Shown here: positions 22,911 through 33,352 of the stretch, piece after piece | Layout of the letters: the number at the start of each line of letters is the position of its first letter | How positions within the stretch are numbered: the first letter of the stretch is position 1 | Origin: a bacterium | GTDB lineage: Bacteria; Zhuqueibacterota; Zhuqueibacteria; Oceanimicrobiales; Oceanimicrobiaceae | Direction: 5' to 3' | Length of the DNA stretch: 64,000 bases | NCBI GenBank assembly: GCA_046757025.1 | Contig: JBHHXN010000002.1 | Span: 53,000-116,999, forward strand | Notes under the pieces: generated by a model | Told to the model about the DNA's origin: nothing | Databases searched by the model: none | Seen by the model: only the letters and a program-made list of their open reading frames with translations | Position numbers and translations under genes: made by a program

Positions 22911-24689
22911 ATGGAATTCGATAAAAAGACAATTTTAGCATTTTTGCTTATAGGATTAATTTTAATTGTCCTGAATACAGATTTTTACCAAAAGAACTTT
23001 TTACCCAAACCCCCACAAAAGTCCACGGAATCCAGTGAGCACCCGAAAGAATTACAAAAAGAGTCCGTGGTTCCACAAACGAAAAAGGCTGAGGCGACAC
23101 CTTCACCAGCTATTCAAGAATTAGAACCCGCCGAATCGTCGAAATTGTTTACTGAATTTACTGGCGAAGGTGATGAAATAATAGTTGAGACAAATCGTTA
23201 TCGAGCAAAATTTTCGACAAAGGGAGCGACTCTAATTTCCTGGGAATTCAAAAAGTACAAGTTGGTTCAGGGCCCGAATGTACAAATCATCGGGAACGAC
23301 GGACAAGGAAATTTAGCATTGCTTTTACCAATTGAAAACGACACCTTGGATACCAGCCACTTATTATTTAATGTAAACAAAAGGGAGGTTCTTCTATCAG
23401 AAAAACATCCGAGTGCGAATTTGGAATTCATCCTCGATCTAAAAAACAATCAAAAGATTAAAAAGACCTTCACGTTTTATCAGGATCGATATGATGTAAC
23501 CATGAAGATTGAACTTTTGAACATGGGAAATTTGGTGGATGGGTTTTCATACTTCTTGTCTTGGAAATCGGGTCTTCAATCAACCGAACCCGATTTTAAA
23601 CTGGACATGAGTAGTGCAAAAGCGTACGCTTACCAGGGGGATGCTGAAGTGTTTAATGTGGACGATGATTTTGATGCATCCGAATGGGATAATCCGACGG
23701 ATTGGGTGGCAATTCGTACTAAATATTTTATGGTTGCTGCCATTCCAAAGGATGTGAAAGCGCAGGGAGTTAAATTTACAGGGACTAAGGTTGAGATAGG
23801 GAAAAAAGAGCCGTGGAAAAAATACGGATTTTATCTGCAATTGCCCTTTGAAGGTCAAAAGAAGAAGGTTGACACATTTACAGTTTATACTGGTCCTATC
23901 GACTATGATATTTTGAAAAGTTACAATGTCAATTTAGAAAAAATGATGGATTTAGGTTGGGTGATTTTTAGACCGTTTGCCAAATTCATATTGTGGAGTT
24001 TTGTGGCTCTACATAAGATTATTCCGAACTATGGTGTGGTGATTATCATTTTTTCAATATTAATAAAGGTTTTGCTTTATCCCCTAACAAAAAAAAGCTA
24101 CCAATCGATGAAGGAAATGCAGTCTTTGCAGCCGCTCATGACAGAGATAAACGAGAAGTATAAAAATGATCCCCAGAAAAAGCAGCAAGAAATAATGAAG
24201 CTTTACAAGGAGCATGGCGTGAATCCCCTTGGGGGATGTATCCCCATGGTGCTCCAAATGCCGTTGCTCATTGCGCTGTTCAATGTTTTTCGCTCTACAA
24301 TCGAATTGCGCCAGGCAGAGTTTATTTGGTGGATTACGGATCTTTCAAGACCGGACACAATCGCGACACTGCCAAAAGCAATTCCGCTTTATGGAGATAC
24401 TGTGAACATACTTCCTATATTTATGGGTGTAACTATGTTCATCCAACAAAAATTAACGATGAAGGATCCGAAACAAAAGGCGATGATTTATTTTATGCCG
24501 ATCTTTTTTACTTTATTGTTTAACAGTTTTCCTTCTGGATTGAATCTTTATTATGCGTTATTTAATTTGTTTTCAATTTTTCAGGAAAAGTTGATTCCAC
24601 ATAAACCAAAACCGCAGGCAGAAGTAAAAAAACCCCAATCCAGAAAACGACGGATTAAGCACGATTATAAGAGAAGGTATTATAATTAG
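22911..24689 (+). CDS. yidC: Membrane protein insertase YidC
   Basis: Large periplasmic domain; NYGVVIII, VNPLGGCIP..LQMP, WITDLSRPD, PSGLNLYY. Confidence 0.97.
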   Translation: MEFDKKTILAFLLIGLILIVLNTDFYQKNFLPKPPQKSTESSEHPKELQKESVVPQTKKAEATPSPAIQELEPAESSKLFTEFTGEGDEIIVETNRYRAKFSTKGATLISWEFKKYKLVQGPNVQIIGNDGQGNLALLLPIENDTLDTSHLLFNVNKREVLLSEKHPSANLEFILDLKNNQKIKKTFTFYQDRYDVTMKIELLNMGNLVDGFSYFLSWKSGLQSTEPDFKLDMSSAKAYAYQGDAEVFNVDDDFDASEWDNPTDWVAIRTKYFMVAAIPKDVKAQGVKFTGTKVEIGKKEPWKKYGFYLQLPFEGQKKKVDTFTVYTGPIDYDILKSYNVNLEKMMDLGWVIFRPFAKFILWSFVALHKIIPNYGVVIIIFSILIKVLLYPLTKKSYQSMKEMQSLQPLMTEINEKYKNDPQKKQQEIMKLYKEHGVNPLGGCIPMVLQMPLLIALFNVFRSTIELRQAEFIWWITDLSRPDTIATLPKAIPLYGDTVNILPIFMGVTMFIQQKLTMKDPKQKAMIYFMPIFFTLLFNSFPSGLNLYYALFNLFSIFQEKLIPHKPKPQAEVKKPQSRKRRIKHDYKRRYYN

Positions 24690-24734
24690 ACCGTCAACCA
24701 GTTGTTAATAATTATCGGATGTAATCATAGCTAA

Positions 24735-24762
24735 GCCCTGCCAAACGAGTGGGGCTGTTTTA
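24735..24762 (+). terminator. Possible terminator after yidC
   Basis: AGCCCTGC...GTGGGGCT stem (two G-U pairs) followed by GTTTT. Confidence 0.4.
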
Positions 24763-24843
24763 ATTTAAGAGCTGCTCAATGAATAATAGTGTAAGTATTC
24801 CAAGATATTTTTTGGGCACAGAAAAATTTAATTTCGCGAACCG

Positions 24844-26295
24844 ATGAAAAAGCTGGAAGATACTATCGCCGCGATTTCAACCCCCGCCGGTTCCGGTGGA
24901 ATTGCAGTATTGAGACTAAGCGGACCTAGAGCAATAGAAATAGTCGCCCCTTTATTTAATGGCGCCGTTAAATTAATAGATGCCGAATCGCACAAGGCGT
25001 ATATAGGAAACATACCTGTCTTTGCACCAGAGGGACTTAAAAACAAATCTAACGAAAAAAATCATGAGAAGTATGCGTTATTCGACGAAGTGATTGTGAC
25101 CGTGTTTCGGGCGCCGAGGTCGTATACCCGAGAAGATGTTGTAGAAATTAGCTGTCATGGAGGTTATTTATTAAGTAGAAAAATTTTAGAAAAATTAATC
25201 GATCGGGGAGCGCGTCTGGCAGAACCCGGAGAGTTTACCAAGCGAGCTTTTTTAAACGGACGATTCGATTTGAATCAAGCGGAAGCCGTGGGCGATATTA
25301 TCCAAGCGGCCTCTGAAATGAGTTTAAAATCAGCGCTTTCGCAGTTTCAGGGGGCGTTATCAAATAAAATAAATAAGCTGCGAAAGGGCCTAATTGAGGC
25401 TTGTTCGCTCATTGAGCTTGAATTGGATTTTGCAGAAGAAGATTTGGTATTTCCTGAATTTAAAGAAATTGAGAACAAAATTTATGGCATCAAGAAGGAA
25501 ATTAAGAATCTGTTAGACTCTTATCTGCGTGGACGAATTTTGCGCGATGGAGCGAAGCTTGTGATTGTTGGCAAACCCAACGTGGGAAAGTCCAGCTTGT
25601 TAAATGCGCTTCTGAAAATCGATAGAGCAATTGTTACGGAAATTCCAGGCACCACGCGCGACGTTTTGGAAGAATCCCTCAACATTCGCGGTTTTCTTTT
25701 TAGAGCTGTGGACACAGCTGGCGTAAGAGAGACTCAGAACGTGGTTGAGAAAGAAGGTGTGAACCGAACCTTAAACCAAGTTGAAAACGCGGATATCGTT
25801 TTGGTGCTGTTTGATGCCAGTCAAAAGATCGATTCCCAGGACGTGCAATTCGTAGAGCGAATAGGCCGGTTAATTGATGATTCGCGACAATTTGGTCAGA
25901 ATGTCATTGCGGTGTTGAACAAAATCGATTTGCCGCAAAAAACATTTAAAAACGAAGTAATACGACGATTTGGATTTTCAGATACGTTGGAAATCTCAGC
26001 CAAAGAATTGCTTGGCTTCAATGAATTGGAACAGGCGTTGGTAAAAAAAGCATTTGGAAAAGAGAAGGTAGATTTAATAGATCCGTTGGTGTCGAACATT
26101 AGACAAAAACAAGCCTTGGAAAATGCAGCTCAAGCATTAATTTTAGCAACTCAAACACTGAAAAAGCGAATGTCTGCCGAGTTTGTTGCGGTCGATGTTA
26201 GAGATGCCATAAAGAAATTAGATGAAATTATTGGTGAAGTATCTACTGAAGAAATTCTAGGAAATATTTTTGAGAATTTTTGCATTGGAAAATAA
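24844..26295 (+). CDS. mnmE: tRNA modification GTPase MnmE
   Basis: DTIAAISTP, GEFTKRAFLNG, GKPNVGKSS, GTTRD, DTAG, NKID, FCIGK. Confidence 0.98.
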   Translation: MKKLEDTIAAISTPAGSGGIAVLRLSGPRAIEIVAPLFNGAVKLIDAESHKAYIGNIPVFAPEGLKNKSNEKNHEKYALFDEVIVTVFRAPRSYTREDVVEISCHGGYLLSRKILEKLIDRGARLAEPGEFTKRAFLNGRFDLNQAEAVGDIIQAASEMSLKSALSQFQGALSNKINKLRKGLIEACSLIELELDFAEEDLVFPEFKEIENKIYGIKKEIKNLLDSYLRGRILRDGAKLVIVGKPNVGKSSLLNALLKIDRAIVTEIPGTTRDVLEESLNIRGFLFRAVDTAGVRETQNVVEKEGVNRTLNQVENADIVLVLFDASQKIDSQDVQFVERIGRLIDDSRQFGQNVIAVLNKIDLPQKTFKNEVIRRFGFSDTLEISAKELLGFNELEQALVKKAFGKEKVDLIDPLVSNIRQKQALENAAQALILATQTLKKRMSAEFVAVDVRDAIKKLDEIIGEVSTEEILGNIFENFCIGK

Positions 26296-26300
26296 ATTAA

Positions 26301-26316
26301 TGTTTCACGTGAAACA
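26301..26316. promoter_or_regulatory. parS centromere site
   Basis: Perfect palindrome TGTTTCACGTGAAACA. Confidence 0.92.
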
Positions 26317-26339
26317 CAAAAAGATGAATTGGTAGCCAT

Positions 26340-28226
26340 TTGAGTTTTCATAATGAAGAAATATATGACGTGGTGGTAGTAGGGGGCGGCCACGCTGGAA
26401 CAGAAGCGGCACTGGCAGCTTCTCGCATGGGAGCAAAGACTTTACTGCTGACAATGAATATCTTTACCATTGGTCAGATGTCTTGCAATCCCGCCATCGG
26501 CGGGTTGGCAAAAGGACAACTGGTGAAAGAGATCGATGCATTGGGCGGAGAAATGGCTATGGCTACTGACGATGCAGGAATTCAATTTCGTATGCTCAAT
26601 AAATCCAAAGGGCCGGCAGTATGGTCGCCGCGAGCGCAATGCGACCGCACAGAATATGCTCAGAGAATCCGGCGCGCTTGTGAATTGCAAGATGAATTAG
26701 ATATTAGACAGGGGATGGGTGTACGACTGAAAGTGAAGAATACTAAGGTGATGGGTGTTTACACCGAAACAGGTAGTTTGATCAAGGCGAAAACGGTCAT
26801 TTTAACGGCGGGCACTTTTTTGAATGGAGTCATTCACATTGGGGAAGTTCAATATTCGGCCGGGCGTGCTGGCGAATTTTCTTCACAGGGAATTACCGAG
26901 TCTCTACTGGAATTGGGATTTAAAGCTGGGCGTTTAAAAACCGGCACCCCTCCGCGCATCGATGGCTCCACCATCGAATTTTCTAAAACAGAAATTCAAC
27001 CAGGTGATGAGGAACCGATTCCTTTTTCATTTCAACACGATTCGATCTCTGTGGAGCAGCTTCCATGCTATTTAACCTACACCAACCCCAAAACCCATGA
27101 CGCTTTGCGGAAAGGATTTGATCGCTCCCCAATGTTCACGGGTCGAATCAAAGGCGTTGGTCCGAGATACTGTCCATCCATTGAGGATAAGATCCACCGA
27201 TTTGCGGAAAAAGAACGGCACCAAATTTTTTTAGAACCCGAGGGAAGAAACACGTCAGAGTTTTATGTCAACGGCTTTTCCACAAGCCTTCCTGAAGAAA
27301 TCCAATTCGAAGCCCTTAGAACGGTTGCCGGTCTGGAGTGGGTTAAGATTACGCGCCTGGGTTATGCGGTTGAGTATGATTATTTTCCGCCGACACAACT
27401 GAATCCCAATATGGAAACGAAGCGAATAGAGAATTTATTTTTTGCGGGTCAAATAAATGGTACCACGGGCTACGAAGAAGCGGCTAGTCAAGGATTTATG
27501 GCTGGCGTAAACGCCGTGTTAAAATTGCGGGATCGCAAGCCCTTTGTCTTGCAGCGCTCTGAGGCTTACATTGGCGTCCTCATCGACGATCTGGTGACCA
27601 AGGGCACCATCGAACCATATCGCATGTTTACCTCCCGGGCTGAGCACCGCTTGTTGTTGCGCCAGGATAATGCCGATTTACGCCTAATGAAATATGGATA
27701 TGAATTGGGACTCATTTCGCCGGAGCAATTTGCACACGTTGAATTGAAAAAAACTCGAATTGGCGTTGCCATAAATGAATTAAAGGAATGCAGGGTTGCT
27801 CCGCAGACAATCAATCCAATATTAAATAAAATTAAATCATCAGAAATATCAGAAAAAGAATCCTTGTGTAATTTGTTAAAGCGTCCTGAAATTGCACTAA
27901 AAGATTTGGCAGAAATCGGCCAACTGGAGATTTTGAACAACTGGACAAGCAAGGAGTGGGACGCGGTCCGGGAACAAGTGGAAATTGAAATTAAATACGA
28001 AGGGTTTATTGATCGGCAAAACCGGCAAACTAAAAAGCTCATGAACCTGGAAACCGCGATCATCCCAGAGAATTTTGATTTTACAAAAATCAATGCGCTG
28101 TCTGCGGAGGCGCGAGAGAAATTAAATGAAATTCAACCCCAAAATGTCGGACAAGCCAGTCGTATATCCGGGGTGTCGCCGGCTGACATTTCGGTGCTTT
28201 TGATATATCTAAAAAAATCTCAATAA
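26340..28226 (+). CDS. mnmG: tRNA uridine-5-carboxymethylaminomethyl modification enzyme MnmG (GidA)
   Basis: VVGGGHAG, MSCNPAIGG, RLKTGTPPR, GPRYCPSIEDK, GQINGTTGYEEAA. Confidence 0.98.
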   Translation: MSFHNEEIYDVVVVGGGHAGTEAALAASRMGAKTLLLTMNIFTIGQMSCNPAIGGLAKGQLVKEIDALGGEMAMATDDAGIQFRMLNKSKGPAVWSPRAQCDRTEYAQRIRRACELQDELDIRQGMGVRLKVKNTKVMGVYTETGSLIKAKTVILTAGTFLNGVIHIGEVQYSAGRAGEFSSQGITESLLELGFKAGRLKTGTPPRIDGSTIEFSKTEIQPGDEEPIPFSFQHDSISVEQLPCYLTYTNPKTHDALRKGFDRSPMFTGRIKGVGPRYCPSIEDKIHRFAEKERHQIFLEPEGRNTSEFYVNGFSTSLPEEIQFEALRTVAGLEWVKITRLGYAVEYDYFPPTQLNPNMETKRIENLFFAGQINGTTGYEEAASQGFMAGVNAVLKLRDRKPFVLQRSEAYIGVLIDDLVTKGTIEPYRMFTSRAEHRLLLRQDNADLRLMKYGYELGLISPEQFAHVELKKTRIGVAINELKECRVAPQTINPILNKIKSSEISEKESLCNLLKRPEIALKDLAEIGQLEILNNWTSKEWDAVREQVEIEIKYEGFIDRQNRQTKKLMNLETAIIPENFDFTKINALSAEAREKLNEIQPQNVGQASRISGVSPADISVLLIYLKKSQ

Positions 28227-28230
28227 AAGC

Positions 28231-28932
28231 GTGTTTCACGTGAAACATGAAAAACAGGTGGTGACAAAAACCGCGTTAGATTTGACGTCGTTGAAGAATA
28301 AATTTGAGAATTGCGGCATTACACTCACTGACAAAATGTGTGAGCATTTCCAGATTTATTATAGCGAGCTCATCAAGTGGAATAAAAAAATAAACTTGAT
28401 TTCTAAAAATGATGAGGTGCGCATAATCGAGCGACATTTTTTGGAGTCGGCCGCACTCTCGTTGATTAATGAATTTAATCGTGAAGCAATCGTTTTAGAT
28501 CTGGGTACCGGGGCGGGATTTCCTGGAATTCCATTGAAGATTGTGAGCAAAAATATAACCCTGACTTTGTTAGAATCCAAACGAATGAAGGGGCTTTTTT
28601 TAAGGAGCGTGGTGGAAAAGTTGGGTTTCACAAAAATAAATGTGGTGTGTAAAAGAGCTGAATCGTTTGCAAAGAGTGCGGGATGCAAAAATAAGTTTGA
28701 TATGGTCGTCTGTAGAGCGGTAGCCGACCTGAAACAAACATTCAAATGGGCGTTGCCGTTTTTAAAAGTAAATGGTAAAATAATCACCATTAAAGGCAGT
28801 AATTTTCTTCGTGAGATAATAGACTTGAAATTAGTTCATCCCCAATTAGAAATTACCTTTTCTGTGTTACCGCTTGAAACGAAAATCGGTACCCAGACGC
28901 GTCAGATAGTAATCATTCATCAAAATTCATGA
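28231..28932 (+). CDS. rsmG: 16S rRNA m7G527 methyltransferase RsmG (GidB)
   Basis: WNKKINLIS, RHFLES, LDLGTGAGFPGIPL, CRAV. The N-terminal MFHVKH is the translated parS, so the true start may be GTG 28258/28261. Confidence 0.95.
   Translation: MFHVKHEKQVVTKTALDLTSLKNKFENCGITLTDKMCEHFQIYYSELIKWNKKINLISKNDEVRIIERHFLESAALSLINEFNREAIVLDLGTGAGFPGIPLKIVSKNITLTLLESKRMKGLFLRSVVEKLGFTKINVVCKRAESFAKSAGCKNKFDMVVCRAVADLKQTFKWALPFLKVNGKIITIKGSNFLREIIDLKLVHPQLEITFSVLPLETKIGTQTRQIVIIHQNS
28232..28247. promoter_or_regulatory. parS centromere site
   Basis: Second perfect TGTTTCACGTGAAACA, at the mnmG/rsmG junction. Confidence 0.92.
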
Positions 28933-31900
28933 ACGCAGCAGATAAAATATTTGATCTTTTCCAGAATGCGCCGCCTGTAAAGCGAATTAACGAACTGCTT
29001 TTGAAAAAACAAAGCGTGGGGGTCAAAGGTGCTTATGGGACGCAGAAAGCGCTGTTGCTGATAAATTTTTATAAAAAATTGTCGTCACAAATCGCCTTCA
29101 TTTGTTGTAATGCCCATGAAGCTGAAATGGTGAAAGAAGAGGTGGGGGCGCTTTTAGGCAGTACAGCGGTTTCTTACTTTACTACCGGTGTCAACCAAAG
29201 GTTTGGATTTGAGTATTCAAGTTATCTGGCAAAATCAGAATGTTTATATGCATTAGAACAACTTGCTGAAGGCAAGCCACACATAGTACTAATTCAGAGT
29301 AAAAGTTTGTTGCAGGAACTGCCCTCCAGATCGAGTTATGTTCAACAAAAAATAACTATAAATGAAAAAGACCAAATTGATTTTCAGGATTTAGTAAAAA
29401 AGCTGAACGATTTTGGTTACTTGCGAGAGTATCGAGTTGAACAGGCGGGGGAGATGAGTGTACGAGGCGGTATTGTGGACGTGTTTCCTTATTCAGCAGA
29501 CCATCCCATTCGAATTGAATTCTGGGGCGACCAGGTCGAATCCTTGCGGAAATTTGACCCGCTTTCTCAAAGGTCTTTGGATAAAGTGAAACATATAAAT
29601 CTATATCCACAAGAATTTTCCAGTGTGGACTCGAAGTCAAAGGCTTTGTCGCAAAAAAAAGTGAAGACGAATGTGCTGGATTTTCTAAAGCCGGACGCGC
29701 TGCTGGTTTTAGATGAGCCCGATTTAATCCGCAGGGAATTTGTGGATGTTGCATCCACTGAGATTGAGCTTGATGAAATCGATTCGCGAGCAACGAATAC
29801 CGAGGACGATCGTTGGAAAACAATTGAAAGCCGGATCAGTCATTTTCAACAAGTAAAATTGTTTTCCATTGGCGCGGGCGACTACAAAGTTGTCGACTTG
29901 AAATCGCGGCCACTGGATAATTTCAACGGCAACTTAAAATTATTAGACACCTACCTGAAAAAAATAAACCAAGAAAGTAGCGCATCGGGAAACAATTTAC
30001 CCATTATTTATTTTCTTTGTGAAAATCTCAACCATGCCAATCGTATGGAAGAAATATTCGAAGAAGAAGGGATTATGACACCGAATTTAAAAGTCGCGTC
30101 ATTGGGTTTACATAATGGCTTTGTATTTAATGCTGCCAATCTGGTTGTGATTACCTATCATCAATTTTATGGAAGATTAAAACGGCTCAGACTACCGCGT
30201 AAATCACACAAAGGATTGTCTCGTCGGCAGCTAAAATTTCTGAACCTGGACGACTACGTGGTGCACGTCGATTTTGGTATTGGGCGTTTTAAGGGCCTGA
30301 AGAAAATTAAAATCAGGGGCCACGAAAGAGAGTGTTTGCATCTTGAATACAGAGATGGCGACAATTTGTATGTCAATCTTGACAAAATGGATCGAGTTCA
30401 TAAATACTCCTCAAAAGAGGGGATGCAAGTCAAGCTCAATAAATTGGGAACAGCGGATTGGCAAAGACTTAAAAACAGAACCAAGAAGAAAATCAAAGAC
30501 ATTGCCCAGGAGCTTATTGAAATTTATGCAAGACGAAAATCTCAAGGAGGTTTGGCCTTTTCCCAGGACACACTGTGGCAAAAAGAATTAGAAGCGTCCT
30601 TTCCATTTGAAGACACCCCCGACCAAATTAAAGCATGTATCGACGTGAAGAAAGACATGGAAAGTAGTAAACCCATGGATCGTTTGGTTTGTGGGGATGT
30701 CGGATTCGGAAAAACCGAAGTCGCAGTTCGAGCGGCATTTAAAGCGGTCACCAACGGGAAGCAGGTCGGTATGCTGGTACCGACGACCATATTGGCCTAT
30801 CAGCATTTTAATACCTTTAAAAACCGGTTGGAAAAATATCCCATTGTGATTGAAATGCTTTCGAGGTTTCGAACAAAATCCGAACAAAAGAAAATCTTAG
30901 AGAATATTAAAAACGGCAAAGTAGATATTTTAATCGGTACTCACAGGATTTTATCAAAAGACGTTTTTTTTAAAGAATTGGGCCTTTTGATAATTGATGA
31001 GGAACAACGGTTCGGAGTCAGACAAAAAGAGCGATTGAAACAGCTAAAGGCCACGGTGGATGTACTTACGCTCACAGCCACCCCCATACCGCGCACGCTA
31101 TATCTTTCATTGATGGGGGCGAGAGATATTTCAAATATCAACACACCGCCACGGAACCGGCTGCCCATTGTCACAGAGATTATGCCGTTCAATAAAGCCT
31201 ATATCCGTGAAGTAATCTTAAATGAGCTGGAACGCGGTGGCCAGGTGTTTTTTGTCCATAATCGCATTCAAACCATCGATCGTATCGCTTCAATGTTGAG
31301 CGGTCTAATTCCCGAAGCCGATATCGTAGTCGCCCACGGGCAAATGCACGAAAAAGAACTGGAACAGGTGATGATCGAATTTATGGATAGAAAATATCAC
31401 ATTCTGGTTTCAACAATGATTATTGAAAATGGATTGGACATGCCAAACGTGAATACGATTATTGTCAATCGGGCAGACAAATTAGGATTGGCGCAACTGT
31501 ATCAATTACGCGGCAGAGTCGGGCGGTCTCACCACAGGGCGTTTGCTTATTTGCTCATTCCCCCCATTGAGACCCTCACCGATGAAGCCATGAAACGATT
31601 GCGCGCCATCGAGGAGTTCTCCGAAATAGGTTCTGGCAGTCAACTCGCCATGCGGGATTTGGAAATCAGAGGCGCCGGCAATTTGTTAGGAGCCGAACAA
31701 TCCGGGTTCATTGATGCCCTTGGATTTGATCTATATAATAAAATCTTGGATGAGGCAGTTAAAGAACTCAAATCGGAAAGCGCGGGTGAATCTTATGAAA
31801 GTCGCGAGCTGAAGACCCGGGTAGAGATCGACTCCGACGCCTTCATCCCGGATGATTATATTGAATCGAGCGCGGACCGGGTGGATGTTTATCGAAGATT

Positions 31901-32342
31901 AACCGAAAGTACAGGGCTCGAGGAAATAGAAAAAATGGCATCCGAACTCAACGATAGATTTGGCCGACCACCGGTGGCGGTGACAAATTTGCTCAATTTT
32001 GTGAAATTGAGAATCCTTGGAAGTAAGCTCGGCATTCAACAGATTCAAATCGATCAAAACCAAATGGTGGCAAAATTTTCACCCAAACTGTCTGAGCAAT
32101 CAGGGGAACCATTTAAAAACTGGCTGGGTTCAATGGTGGTAAACGCGTGTTATCCATTTGAATTTGTTCAGAGTGACGGCCTGGCAATTAGAGTGGTGTA
32201 TGCTGAATTTAACAAAGACCCTCTCTTGCTGAGTTGCGAATTTTTACAAAGTTTCAACACCGCACCCGTAAAAGAAGATCAGATTCCATACAACGATGCA
32301 GAGAATCAACTCATCGTTCAAAATCGCCGATTGATAAATTAA
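28929..32342 (+). CDS. mfd: Transcription-repair coupling factor Mfd
   Basis: RGGIVDVFP, CGDVGFGKTEVA, DEEQRFGV, QLRGRVGRS, DLEIRGAGNLLG. Confidence 0.98.
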   Translation: MNAADKIFDLFQNAPPVKRINELLLKKQSVGVKGAYGTQKALLLINFYKKLSSQIAFICCNAHEAEMVKEEVGALLGSTAVSYFTTGVNQRFGFEYSSYLAKSECLYALEQLAEGKPHIVLIQSKSLLQELPSRSSYVQQKITINEKDQIDFQDLVKKLNDFGYLREYRVEQAGEMSVRGGIVDVFPYSADHPIRIEFWGDQVESLRKFDPLSQRSLDKVKHINLYPQEFSSVDSKSKALSQKKVKTNVLDFLKPDALLVLDEPDLIRREFVDVASTEIELDEIDSRATNTEDDRWKTIESRISHFQQVKLFSIGAGDYKVVDLKSRPLDNFNGNLKLLDTYLKKINQESSASGNNLPIIYFLCENLNHANRMEEIFEEEGIMTPNLKVASLGLHNGFVFNAANLVVITYHQFYGRLKRLRLPRKSHKGLSRRQLKFLNLDDYVVHVDFGIGRFKGLKKIKIRGHERECLHLEYRDGDNLYVNLDKMDRVHKYSSKEGMQVKLNKLGTADWQRLKNRTKKKIKDIAQELIEIYARRKSQGGLAFSQDTLWQKELEASFPFEDTPDQIKACIDVKKDMESSKPMDRLVCGDVGFGKTEVAVRAAFKAVTNGKQVGMLVPTTILAYQHFNTFKNRLEKYPIVIEMLSRFRTKSEQKKILENIKNGKVDILIGTHRILSKDVFFKELGLLIIDEEQRFGVRQKERLKQLKATVDVLTLTATPIPRTLYLSLMGARDISNINTPPRNRLPIVTEIMPFNKAYIREVILNELERGGQVFFVHNRIQTIDRIASMLSGLIPEADIVVAHGQMHEKELEQVMIEFMDRKYHILVSTMIIENGLDMPNVNTIIVNRADKLGLAQLYQLRGRVGRSHHRAFAYLLIPPIETLTDEAMKRLRAIEEFSEIGSGSQLAMRDLEIRGAGNLLGAEQSGFIDALGFDLYNKILDEAVKELKSESAGESYESRELKTRVEIDSDAFIPDDYIESSADRVDVYRRLTESTGLEEIEKMASELNDRFGRPPVAVTNLLNFVKLRILGSKLGIQQIQIDQNQMVAKFSPKLSEQSGEPFKNWLGSMVVNACYPFEFVQSDGLAIRVVYAEFNKDPLLLSCEFLQSFNTAPVKEDQIPYNDAENQLIVQNRRLIN

Positions 32343-32450
32343 GAGTCCTTTTCACAAAATTCATTGACGGGGCTTTAGCATAAAACCGCGATTTACTAGA
32401 ATTGAAATGAAAATAGAAAGACCAGTACAGATGAGTCAAATAAAGAGGAA

Positions 32451-33350
32451 ATGATGATAAGTGAAATTAAAAATGCGGTAAATTTCAAAACGACATTATT
32501 GGTTTGGACCTGTTTGTTGATGATTCTTTTTGGGGGGTGCAAGCAACATCACAAAGAAGGACTGGTAATCGCTAAAGTTGGTAAAAAAAGCCTTATGCTT
32601 CACGACGTTCTGGAAGAAATTCCTCCACAATTTCGGAAGAATTTAACTTCATCAGAAATTAAAGAATATGCTCTGAGATGGGTCAACAACGAAGTTTTAT
32701 ACCAGGAAGCCATGAATCGCGAGTTGGATAAAAGTCAGAAGTTTCAGAAGGAGTTCGAGAATCTCAAGAAAGAACTCTTAATAAATGAATTAATTGAAGA
32801 ATCGATTAACAAGAAAATTAAAGTGACCGATCAGGAAATTCAGAAATACTACGAGGAAAATGGCGACAGCTATATTTTATCTGAAGACATCATACACGCG
32901 TATCATATACTTGTACAAACCAAAAAAGAAGCAAACGCCATCAGCAAACGATTAAGTAATAAAAAAGAAGCTTTTTTAGATATTGTGAAGGAGACTTACA
33001 AGGATTCTTTGACTTCCGTTGATTGGGATTTGGGTTACTTTTCAAAAAGTGAAATTATTCCTGAAATTGCAAAAGTAATTTTTAATTTGCCGGTAGGTTC
33101 GCATTCCTATCCTATCAAATCCGAGTTTGGTTATCACATCATAAAAGTCGTCGATAAGCAGAAAAAAGGCGAAAAGAAAAAACTCGCGCTGATCAAACAA
33201 GAAATAAAGTTGAAAATCGAAGAACTAAAAAAGCAGAGAATTTATCAACGATTTTTACTCCAAACAAAAAGTAATTTTGAGATCAATACCTACTTTCCGT
33301 TGTTAAATTCAGTCGTAATCGATTCATTATTTCGCAAAGGAGACGAATAA
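32451..33350 (+). CDS. PrsA/PpiC-type parvulin PPIase, probable lipoprotein
   Basis: Lipobox-like LFGGC; AYHILV, DLGYF, PIKSEFGYHIIKV. Confidence 0.85.
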   Translation: MMISEIKNAVNFKTTLLVWTCLLMILFGGCKQHHKEGLVIAKVGKKSLMLHDVLEEIPPQFRKNLTSSEIKEYALRWVNNEVLYQEAMNRELDKSQKFQKEFENLKKELLINELIEESINKKIKVTDQEIQKYYEENGDSYILSEDIIHAYHILVQTKKEANAISKRLSNKKEAFLDIVKETYKDSLTSVDWDLGYFSKSEIIPEIAKVIFNLPVGSHSYPIKSEFGYHIIKVVDKQKKGEKKKLALIKQEIKLKIEELKKQRIYQRFLLQTKSNFEINTYFPLLNSVVIDSLFRKGDE

Positions 33351-33352
33351 AA

